Both the position numbers and the translations under genes were made by a program. Shown here piece by piece: positions 16,696 through 24,531 of a DNA stretch of 64,000 nucleotides. The stretch lies in the NCBI RefSeq assembly GCF_002708845.1, contig NZ_PAPI01000035.1; one strand, written 5' to 3'. This stretch comes from Leeuwenhoekiella sp. Its GTDB lineage: Bacteria; Bacteroidota; Bacteroidia; Flavobacteriales; Flavobacteriaceae. Each line of letters opens with the position of its first letter. Within the stretch, counting starts at the first letter, position 1. The notes beneath the pieces were generated by a model. That model was not told where the DNA came from and ran no database searches. It was given only the letters and a program-made list of their open reading frames with translations.

Positions 16696-17790
16696 ATGAA
16701 TAGCGTTGAAGCAGCTTTGAAAGAACGTATAAAAGAATTGACCTGCCTCTATGAGGTTTCTTCGATATTGGTAAACGCTGATGAGACCAATCACGAGGAA
16801 ACGTATAGAAGTATTGCCCAAAGTATTAAGATTGGATTTCAATACCCCACTGATACCGAAGTTGTAATTGAGCAAGGGGAGTTTACGGTGATGACTGGTA
16901 AAATAAAAACTTTTAAAAAGCTCATAAGCACGATACAGCTATTCAAGAAAGAAGCCGGCTCAATACAGGTTTACCTCAATAAAACCGAACTTGATTTTTT
17001 ACCGGAAGAGCAACCGCTTATTGACAATATCGCTTTAAAAATTAGTGATTATCTGGAGCGTCTGGCTATCAAAAAAAATGAGTTGCTGTTGCGGCAACAA
17101 ATGGAACACGCAGACCGGCTTACCATTATTGGCGAACTTACCGCCGGTATAGCCCACGAGCTAAACACCCCACTTGCAAATATTTTGGGCTTCGCCGAAT
17201 TGTTGCGCGATAATCTAAGCGATCATGATTCTGCTGCTTCAGACGTAGATAAAATTATTAAGAACGCGATGTTTTCTCGTGAGGTCGTAAAAAAACTGAT
17301 GTTTTTTGCGCACGCCATTCCGCAGGAAAAAAAAGAAGTGAATATCATTCCCGTGGTGCGTGATGCTCTCGATTTACTGGATGCCGCCTTTAAAAAAGAA
17401 CAGGTGCGTTATGATTTTCATATCGATCAGGATTCTATTTTGCTGAAAGTCGATGCCGTACAGCTTACCCAGATCATCATTAATTTGGTTATCAATGCCA
17501 TTTATTTTTCGCCCAAAAATGGTCTTGTAGACATTAGGATTACTCAGGAAAACGATGAGGTTGTATTTGACATAAGTGACGAAGGTTCTGGTCTTACCGA
17601 TGAAGCTTTGGATAAAATATTTCAACCTTTTTTTACGACCAAACCTACGGGAGAAGGTTCTGGGTTGGGATTAAGTGTGGTACACGGTATTGTAACCAGT
17701 CATAACGGAAGTATAACCGCTCAAAACCGGGCAGACCGGGGTGCGCTTTTTACCGTGCGCCTGCCTAAAGATGAATATGCGATTGAATAA
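16696..17790 (+). CDS. Soluble sensor histidine kinase (unassigned N-terminal domain + HisKA + HATPase_c)
   Basis: H-box GIAHELNTPLANILGFAELL, N-box INLVINAIYFSP, G1 DISDEGSGL and G2 GEGSGLGLSV. No hydrophobic helix is present. The N-terminal roughly 130 aa (LKERIKELTCLYEVSSIL…) is unassigned. Confidence 0.9.
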   Translation: MNSVEAALKERIKELTCLYEVSSILVNADETNHEETYRSIAQSIKIGFQYPTDTEVVIEQGEFTVMTGKIKTFKKLISTIQLFKKEAGSIQVYLNKTELDFLPEEQPLIDNIALKISDYLERLAIKKNELLLRQQMEHADRLTIIGELTAGIAHELNTPLANILGFAELLRDNLSDHDSAASDVDKIIKNAMFSREVVKKLMFFAHAIPQEKKEVNIIPVVRDALDLLDAAFKKEQVRYDFHIDQDSILLKVDAVQLTQIIINLVINAIYFSPKNGLVDIRITQENDEVVFDISDEGSGLTDEALDKIFQPFFTTKPTGEGSGLGLSVVHGIVTSHNGSITAQNRADRGALFTVRLPKDEYAIE

Positions 17791-19099
17791 AGAAAACATA
17801 TTAATTGTAGACGATGATCTGCATATTTTAGAACTTTTGCAGCGGCATTTGCATCGGTGGAATTACCATACCTATCGCGCGGTTTCGGTTAAAGAAGCGG
17901 TTAATATCCTTCGGGATTCGCAGGTAGATCTGTTGATTACCGATTTGAAAATGCCGCAGATTGACGGCTTTGAACTCATCAAATTTGTTTCGGAGCATTA
18001 TCCTGATTTACCCAAGCTTATCGTTACCGGTTTTCCTTCGGTACAGGATTCCCTTAAAGCGATTAAATCAGGAGTGGCCGAATATTTGACCAAGCCTTTT
18101 ACTCGTGACGAACTCGCAGAAGCTGTTGCTAAAGCGCTTTCGGTTTCAAAGACGAAGTCTAAAGTGCAGCGCCAACCGGTTCAACGTGATTCCTACGGTG
18201 AAATCATTGGCTCTTCTGAAGAAATGCACGAGGTTCTTGATGTGATAGACCGGGTTAAAGACAATAAAGCTACGCTGTATGTTAGTGGCGAAAGCGGTAC
18301 GGGAAAAGAACTGGTTGCCCGTGCGGTACACTATCAGGGCAAGTTTGCAGCGGCTCCCTTTGTACCCGTTAACTGCGGCGGAATCCCCGAGACTTTACTG
18401 GAAGCCGAATTGTTTGGTTATAAAAAAGGTGCCTTTACCGGGGCAGAGAATGACCGTAAAGGGGCTTTTCAGTCCGCGCAAGGAGGTACTATTTTTTTAG
18501 ATGAAATAGGGAACGCTTCGCTTGCCGTACAGGCGCGCTTGCTTCGGGTTTTACAGGAAAAGGAAGTAACTCCGTTAGGCTCGCATAAACCCCAAAAAAT
18601 AGATGTTCGGGTCATTGCGGCAACTAATAATGATCTTGCCGAAATGATCAGGAAGGAAACTTTTAGGGAAGATTTGTATTACCGTCTGAGTGTTGTAGAG
18701 ATCAATATTCCGCCTTTGCGCAAACGCATGACAGACCTTCCTTTGCTGGTGGATAAGTTTTTGATCAAGTATGGCTTAGAATATAAAGATCGCTACCTGA
18801 AAATAGAGCCCGAAGCTTTAGAAATATTGAAGCGTTATTCCTGGCCCGGTAATATCAGGGAGCTTGAGAATGTGATTCAGCGTGCGGTGATTATGTGTGA
18901 TAAAAGTATACAGGTTAAAGACCTGCCTGATCACTTAAAATATGATATTGAGATGCCGGAAGATGCACTTACATCCCTGGCTGAAATGGAACGTAAATAC
19001 ATTAGAAAAGTGCTTCGGGCTACCGGAAACAATAAAACCAAAGCGGCTGAAATTCTTCAGATTACCCGGAAAACACTGCGCGAGAAGCTCAAAAAATAG
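17771..19099 (+). CDS. Sigma-54-dependent response regulator (REC + AAA+ bEBP + Fis-type HTH; NtrC family)
   Basis: REC domain (ILIVDDD…LLITDLKMPQIDG…TKPF), Walker A GESGTGKE, the sigma-54 contact loop GAFTGA, Walker B IFLDEIG, and a C-terminal HTH (NKTKAAEILQITRKTLREKL). ATG 17771 overlaps the kinase stop by 20 nt. The ORF-track start at 17741 is less likely. Confidence 0.92.
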   Translation: MNMRLNKENILIVDDDLHILELLQRHLHRWNYHTYRAVSVKEAVNILRDSQVDLLITDLKMPQIDGFELIKFVSEHYPDLPKLIVTGFPSVQDSLKAIKSGVAEYLTKPFTRDELAEAVAKALSVSKTKSKVQRQPVQRDSYGEIIGSSEEMHEVLDVIDRVKDNKATLYVSGESGTGKELVARAVHYQGKFAAAPFVPVNCGGIPETLLEAELFGYKKGAFTGAENDRKGAFQSAQGGTIFLDEIGNASLAVQARLLRVLQEKEVTPLGSHKPQKIDVRVIAATNNDLAEMIRKETFREDLYYRLSVVEINIPPLRKRMTDLPLLVDKFLIKYGLEYKDRYLKIEPEALEILKRYSWPGNIRELENVIQRAVIMCDKSIQVKDLPDHLKYDIEMPEDALTSLAEMERKYIRKVLRATGNNKTKAAEILQITRKTLREKLKK

Positions 19100-19225
19100 C
19101 GGGTAATTCTTACTCAGGTGGTTCCTTTTTACTCACTTATCAGTTGACTGTTATTTGCTCTTTATTGATTTAAATAACTGATTTACAGAGTTGTAATTAA
19201 CTCGTGGGTTTTGTGCTTAAGGTGT

Positions 19226-19241
19226 TGGTATACGGCTTGCT
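19226..19241 (+). promoter_or_regulatory. Sigma-54 (-24/-12) promoter candidate upstream of the small secreted protein gene
   Basis: In TGGTATACGGCTTGCT, the GG (19227-28) and GC (19239-40) have canonical spacing. The element ends 46 nt upstream of ATG 19288 and lies directly downstream of the bEBP gene. Confidence 0.6.
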
Positions 19242-19287
19242 TATTACACAGTAAGAATTCTAATAAGTAATAATAAAAAATAGTCGT

Positions 19288-19653
19288 ATGAAAACATTTT
19301 TAGTAATTGCCGCAATGGCACTCGGTTTAACAAGTATGCAGGCACAAAATAATTGCGAAACACCTCAATTAAAAACAGGTGATGTGATTAAGATTGCAAG
19401 TCCAACACACGCAACTTACTCCCATATTAACTTTCCCAAAAGTAATTTTATCATCAAACGAGGAGGTATTGCTAACCCCAAATCTCTAATCAACAAAGAG
19501 GTTGAGGTAACCCAAGTTAAAATGGAAAATGGATGCGTTGCTGAGATCGAAGTAAAACTGAAGGATGGTAAGAAATTCTTCAATGTGGTACGTGAGGTAA
19601 GCATCGACGTGGAAGCAGCCCTTGAAGCAAAAGAGATCGTACTCAGTGAATAA
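19288..19653 (+). CDS. Small secreted protein of unknown function (121 aa, about 100 aa mature, two Cys)
   Basis: Sec signal MKTFLVIAAMALGLTSMQA|QNN without a lipobox. I recognise no family motif. It is followed by a terminator hairpin. Confidence 0.7.
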   Translation: MKTFLVIAAMALGLTSMQAQNNCETPQLKTGDVIKIASPTHATYSHINFPKSNFIIKRGGIANPKSLINKEVEVTQVKMENGCVAEIEVKLKDGKKFFNVVREVSIDVEAALEAKEIVLSE

Positions 19654-19674
19654 CTAAAGAGCTTTATTTTGTAA

Positions 19675-19712
19675 ACCGGTTATCAGTTTTAATTGATAAC
19701 CGGTTTTTTATT
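19675..19712 (+). terminator. Rho-independent terminator
   Basis: AACCGGTTATCA-gttttaat-TGATAACCGGTT followed by TTTTTATT, starting 22 nt after the stop at 19653. Confidence 0.75.
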
Positions 19713-19773
19713 ATAAATGGTATTTTATTTTCAGCTCGGACTCAAATTTTAAATTTCAGAGAGTCCACTAGAA

Positions 19774-21945
19774 TTAGGCTTCCAGAGCCTGCAGCTGCTT
19801 TGTAAACTGTTCACTCAGGCTTTTGAGCCATTTGAGCTGCTCAGTTATGATATGCATCTCGTATATTTTTTTGGTTTCTTTTGAGATCGAAATCTTTTCA
19901 GTGGGTTTTTCAACAGATATACCTGCACTGGTGTTTTGAGGAGTATGTTCTAAAAGAGAAACGGCTGTATTGATATTGTTGATAATGGTCCTGGCATACA
20001 CATTAAATGTAGCATCCATCTCCGTGGTTTTATGGGTGCGCAGGTAGCTTCCTATAGATGCGAGGGCTCCTACAAAAGTGTGATTGAGAACCACAAGCTC
20101 ATAGAGTTTGCTGTTGTAGTTGCTTTTAGCTGAAGGTTCCTGTAAAATGCGTTGTATCGCAGCATTCACAGTTGCTGTTGCTAGAAATGCTTTTTTACGG
20201 GCTAGCTTATAAGCAACCGAAATTTCATTCTTTGTCTGATAGTGCGTTTGTATTTGCTGTAAATAATCCCGGTTTGCCACTAGACTTTCTGCCAGATTGT
20301 GTTGTAGACTCTGTCCTTCCCGGGTAGGCCATAAGAATGCATTTGCCAGACCGGCAAGTGCGGCCCCTAAAACGGTATCGAGTACCCTAAACTGTATAAT
20401 GGCCAAAATATCTGGGCGTAATAGTGCGTAAGCGAAAATGATACTCAGTGTTAAAAATAAAGCAGCCGTGCGGTAATTTTTCTGTAAGCTTGCAAATGCG
20501 ATCATAAAACTTAAAATCGCCAAAACTCTAAAAAGCATTTTATCTGGAAACAGATAGACAATTCCTGCAGCTAGTGCCGCACCCATAAGTGTTCCTATTA
20601 TTCGATGTTTAGAACGTTGCTTCGTTAAGCCGTAACTAGGTCTCATAATCACAATAATAGTGAGTAAAATCCAGTACGGATTTTGGAGTTCAAAAAGGCT
20701 TCCCAAACTGAAACCTATCACTGCGGTAACTGCAAGTCGCAGGGCATGCCTGAAAATGGGCGAATTCACATTGAGATTATCCAACATGACCTGAAAGCTG
20801 TAATCCTGTCTGGTAATAAAATTGTCAAGTTTAGGAGCAGTAGGTCTATTGGTTGGTTTTAAGTTTTTGCTTCGGTTTAAAATCTGAGCGATGTTTAAAA
20901 TATGCTGTGACTGTCGTTCCTGAAGTTCGTACAGATTTTGAAGTACAATATGATCTTCAGTAAAGGGATGGGTTGAGGTATAGTTCTGGAGTTGCTTTTT
21001 GACTTCGTTTACTGCGTCTTTGAGCGGGGCGAGGTTAGAGCTGTTTTTAGAAGAATCGTTTTTGACGATTCGATTTAGGCTTTCGCTTTGCGCTAAATTT
21101 AAGTTGATAAATGCTTTTAACTGTTCTGGATATTTGCGAAGAACCTCGTGCATTTTTGCGGGTGCAATAGGGCTTGTAAGTGCTAATTCTGAAAGATCTA
21201 CGAGTTCGCTAAGTACCAGAAAGCGTTTCCGGTAATAGCTTGAAGTTCCTGAAGAATACCGACTGTCCAGTAAAATTTCGCGGAGTTTTTCTAAATGGTC
21301 ATTAAAATCGCTCTGAACTTGAAAAAGTGTTTGAAGCCCTGCGTCACGATCTACGCTTTGATTCAGAAATTTACCACGGGTTTTAATATAATTTGAACAT
21401 AAACTTATAGCAGTTTCCATAAGTTCTTCAACCTGTTTCTTGGGGACGATAAGGTCATAAAGCAATGTAAGCCCCAGATACCAGACTCCACCTGCAACAA
21501 TTAAAAGGGAGCGTTCATGGGACGCCAGACCCGAAGCAGATAAATTCGCAAAACTCAGAACCAGAGCAAAAAGGCCAGAAAAGCCTACCAGAGAAGCTCT
21601 AAAGCCGTAGACTGCTAAAAAAGAAAGTATAAAAGCAAATGCTCCTAAGTATACGAGCTGTATCCAGAGAATTTCTGGAATATAGGAACCAAGAAAGCTT
21701 ACTCCCGCTGCAATTAAGGTTGAAAGTAAAATACCAATGCGTTTGTTTTTAAGGCTACCAGTGATTGCGCTGGGAGAGCTGAACATAACGCCGGTACCTA
21801 TGGCAATGCCTATGCTCAATGCGTTAAAATAGTATCCAAATAATATGGGTAATACCAGGCCCAGGGTAATAAGAAAAGCTTTTGCAAAGTCTGTGCTCTG
21901 AAAAAAGGCAAGTATTTTTTGATAAAGCTGTTTGCTCTTTAACAT
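19774..21945 (-). CDS. FUSC / YccS-YhfK family integral membrane protein
   Basis: 723 aa with two hydrophobic multi-helix blocks separated by a long helical cytoplasmic region. This is the architecture of fusaric-acid-resistance-like YccS proteins. Confidence 0.7.
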   Translation of the reverse strand: MLKSKQLYQKILAFFQSTDFAKAFLITLGLVLPILFGYYFNALSIGIAIGTGVMFSSPSAITGSLKNKRIGILLSTLIAAGVSFLGSYIPEILWIQLVYLGAFAFILSFLAVYGFRASLVGFSGLFALVLSFANLSASGLASHERSLLIVAGGVWYLGLTLLYDLIVPKKQVEELMETAISLCSNYIKTRGKFLNQSVDRDAGLQTLFQVQSDFNDHLEKLREILLDSRYSSGTSSYYRKRFLVLSELVDLSELALTSPIAPAKMHEVLRKYPEQLKAFINLNLAQSESLNRIVKNDSSKNSSNLAPLKDAVNEVKKQLQNYTSTHPFTEDHIVLQNLYELQERQSQHILNIAQILNRSKNLKPTNRPTAPKLDNFITRQDYSFQVMLDNLNVNSPIFRHALRLAVTAVIGFSLGSLFELQNPYWILLTIIVIMRPSYGLTKQRSKHRIIGTLMGAALAAGIVYLFPDKMLFRVLAILSFMIAFASLQKNYRTAALFLTLSIIFAYALLRPDILAIIQFRVLDTVLGAALAGLANAFLWPTREGQSLQHNLAESLVANRDYLQQIQTHYQTKNEISVAYKLARKKAFLATATVNAAIQRILQEPSAKSNYNSKLYELVVLNHTFVGALASIGSYLRTHKTTEMDATFNVYARTIINNINTAVSLLEHTPQNTSAGISVEKPTEKISISKETKKIYEMHIITEQLKWLKSLSEQFTKQLQALEA

Positions 21946-21996
21946 ACAGCAATTTAAATTGAATTTTTCAGGCTTTTGCCACGAGCACCTTAAATT

Positions 21997-22506
21997 TTAT
22001 TCTCTTAGCTTTTTAGAAATAAGCGCGCGTACTACTTCGGTAGTTATACCAAAAGCGAGGTGTGCGATAAGTTCATTTGCCTGAATATTCATCGGGATAT
22101 CTTTAGGCTTGTCTTTTAGTCCTAATAAAGGGAGGGATGTTTCATGCGTACCTACCCAGGTCGTAGCGCCGTAGATCGCACCTTCTACTATGTTAAGTTC
22201 AGGCTTGTCGCGTTGAGCATAACCGTAGGTCGCACCCAGACTTGCACCAAATGGAATATTAACCAATTGCTCTGCAAGTTTGTGGTTAGATTCGCTAATG
22301 CGTTCACCAGTAAGTTTATGTGAGAGATCGTCTACCATTTTAACCTGAGCAGACCGCGTATTGGGTTTGCGTACAGGTAGTACTTTTTCGATTGCGGTTT
22401 TAACTAGTGTACCGGCCAGGCCACCTAAAACACCTGAAATTAAACCTCGGGTAATATTTGAGGAAAATGAATCTTTTTCTAACCAGGCATCTACAGCATT
22501 ACTCAT
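21997..22506 (-). CDS. Small membrane protein, DUF1440 (YagU)-like, tentative
   Basis: I prefer Met24 (ATG at 22506) as the start. The protein has glycine-rich amphipathic/TM segments (GLISGVLGGLAGTLVK…, IAHLAFGITTEVV). Its stop is 51 nt upstream of the FUSC gene on the same strand, so the two probably form an operon. Confidence 0.45.
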   Translation of the reverse strand: MSNAVDAWLEKDSFSSNITRGLISGVLGGLAGTLVKTAIEKVLPVRKPNTRSAQVKMVDDLSHKLTGERISESNHKLAEQLVNIPFGASLGATYGYAQRDKPELNIVEGAIYGATTWVGTHETSLPLLGLKDKPKDIPMNIQANELIAHLAFGITTEVVRALISKKLRE

Positions 22507-22776
22507 AATATTAGATTTTGATTTAAATTTATAAAGACACCAGCGGGTACGGTTGTGGTTTAACAGCTCTTTCACAACAAATTAATTTAATATTTGAGTG
22601 TGTCGTTTTCAAATTAGCTTTTCTTATTTGTAAAAGTTATTTTATAAGTTAAACTTATTGTTTAATTTAAAGATCAATGTAAACGCTTGTTGATATCACC
22701 AACTTAAAGGTATCTTGCTGGATACAGATTAAACTTAAGGGACGTCGCTGTGCCAGTCTCCTTAATCTAAAATTAA

Positions 22777-23274
22777 ATGACACCTAACCCTATAAATATG
22801 AATTCTGAAACGCTCTTTAATGCCATCCGATCCGGTGATGGTGCGCAGATCAACCAAATTTTAGAAGAACAGCCTCAACTTGTTGATGCTGTTGATCAAC
22901 GTGGGTCGAGCCCGCTTCTGCTGGCAAGTTATTATGGACACCGGGATTTATGTGAAATTTTAATAGCGCGTGGAGCTAAAATAAATGCTAAAGACGCTAG
23001 CGGTAATACGGCGTTAATGGGTGTTTGTTTTAAGGGATATACCGATGTGGCGCAGTTACTGGTTGAAAAAGGAGCAGATGTTAATATTCAAAATTTCAAC
23101 GGAGCAACAGCACTTATTTATGCCGCCACATTTAATCAGAAAGAATTAGTTCAACTATTATTATCCTACAAGGCAGATGTTAGCCTGAAGGATGGTCGCG
23201 GGCTAAAAGCTATTGATCATGCACGTATGCAAGGGCTCAATCAGATCGAAAAACTTCTGGAAGATGCCTCGTGA
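22777..23274 (+). CDS. Ankyrin-repeat protein
   Basis: 165 aa with four ANK repeats (GSSPLLLASYYGH…, GNTALMGVCFKGY…, GATALIYAATFNQ…, and LKDGRGLKAIDHA). No signal peptide. Confidence 0.85.
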   Translation: MTPNPINMNSETLFNAIRSGDGAQINQILEEQPQLVDAVDQRGSSPLLLASYYGHRDLCEILIARGAKINAKDASGNTALMGVCFKGYTDVAQLLVEKGADVNIQNFNGATALIYAATFNQKELVQLLLSYKADVSLKDGRGLKAIDHARMQGLNQIEKLLEDAS

Positions 23275-23845
23275 TCCCTTAGATCAACTTCATAGTATTC
23301 GCTTTAGAAAACCGGGTATTGGCTTAAAAGCTGTGCTCAACCCTGATCAGGAAAAGAATTTCTCCAGATTTCTCATTAATGCTCTAGGACCCGATATTTT
23401 TGTGATCAGTACCGGTTTGGGTCTTGATATTTACTACAGCAACAAAGAAGACTGTTCTGTATTTATTAGAAATAACCTGTGGCTTTTTCAGGGAACAGAA
23501 GAAAAAAGTCCTAGTGATATTCTTGCCGAAAAAAATCACGGTCGCGATGTGCTCAACTATTTTGGTACGGTTGTAAATACTCTGGTTTCTTACCCATTGC
23601 TTTTATTATCCTGTTGTAAAAAATTTATGAAACAATACCAATCTATTGCGCATAAATCAAGATTGCACTTCTTACTGTATGCTTCTTTTCAGTATCATCT
23701 GCAGGGGCTTATCACAGATGCTAAAGTTCCTTATGTAAAAAAAATCAAAAAACTTTTAAATGAATCAAATGCTACAGATTTTGAGGATTTTAGCAATCAC
23801 GAAAAACTGGTAAATCATTTCAAAAAATCCCAAAACCTAAATTAA
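23264..23845 (+). CDS. Hypothetical protein with a weak resemblance to the glutamyl-tRNA reductase N-terminal domain
   Basis: ATG 23264 overlaps the ankyrin stop by 11 nt (ATGCCTCGTGA). The FVISTGLGLDIYY segment resembles the GluTR LSTCNRTEIY segment, but the catalytic Cys position holds Gly. This comparison is from memory. Confidence 0.5.
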   Translation: MPRDPLDQLHSIRFRKPGIGLKAVLNPDQEKNFSRFLINALGPDIFVISTGLGLDIYYSNKEDCSVFIRNNLWLFQGTEEKSPSDILAEKNHGRDVLNYFGTVVNTLVSYPLLLLSCCKKFMKQYQSIAHKSRLHFLLYASFQYHLQGLITDAKVPYVKKIKKLLNESNATDFEDFSNHEKLVNHFKKSQNLN

Positions 23846-24498
23846 TGTGTAAGGTCTTTAAGGCGTTTCGGTTTTTTTAACCTGTTCAATATTTTTAGAA
23901 AAGCCAGCGCGGTGATGTATGCATCTCCAATGGCCTTATGACGGTCTGTTCGGGCAATATTAAGTTCTTCACAAAGTTCGTCAAGAGAATAAACCTTATC
24001 AGGATTTGTAATATTTACTAAGTGAACAGTACGCTTGAATAAAACACCAGTATCAATGGTACGGTTTTTTAATTTGGGCGCTCCCAGTCTTTTAAGTGAA
24101 TAATTAATTATCCCCACGTCAAAGCCTATATGATGTCCTACCAATACTGAATTTCCTATGTATTTCAGAAATTGTTTTACAGCTTCTTCTTCGCTAATTT
24201 TCTGGTATTTACTGTTTTCTTTCAAAATACCGTGAATGGCCACAGCTTCTTTACTAAATACTTCCTGCTCCACATAAAGCTCAAGACTGTTTGCCAGGTT
24301 GATACTGTTTCCCTGAAGTTCTACAGCACCCAGGCTAAGCATACGGTCGGTTTGCTTATCAATACCTGTGGTTTCGGTATCAAAAACAATAAAACGGGCA
24401 TCTGCTATTGCGGGCTCTTCGAGACCTGTAAACAAGATGGCATAATCCTTATAAAATTGAGGTGGGTCGGGTTTTTTAGTGAAAAAAGGAATTCTCAT
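23842..24498 (-). CDS. DEDDh 3'-5' exonuclease (DnaQ / Pol III epsilon-like)
   Basis: Exo I FIVFDTETTG, Exo II LVGHHIGFDVG and Exo III HKAIGDAYITA. Confidence 0.88.
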   Translation of the reverse strand: MRIPFFTKKPDPPQFYKDYAILFTGLEEPAIADARFIVFDTETTGIDKQTDRMLSLGAVELQGNSINLANSLELYVEQEVFSKEAVAIHGILKENSKYQKISEEEAVKQFLKYIGNSVLVGHHIGFDVGIINYSLKRLGAPKLKNRTIDTGVLFKRTVHLVNITNPDKVYSLDELCEELNIARTDRHKAIGDAYITALAFLKILNRLKKPKRLKDLTH

Positions 24499-24531
24499 TT
24501 TTTGGCAAAATCAAGTTTTATGGCTTCTGGA

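Noticed and set aside
19105-19259. A 10 nt inverted repeat (AATTCTTACT at 19105-19114 and AGTAAGAATT at 19250-19259) bracketing the sigma-54 promoter of the small gene.
   Set aside because: The arms are 135 nt apart, the repeat contains an EcoRI-type palindrome, and the chance expectation is around 1%. The left arm overlaps the more convincing shared 9-mer. This is not enough to call a structure or a site on its own.
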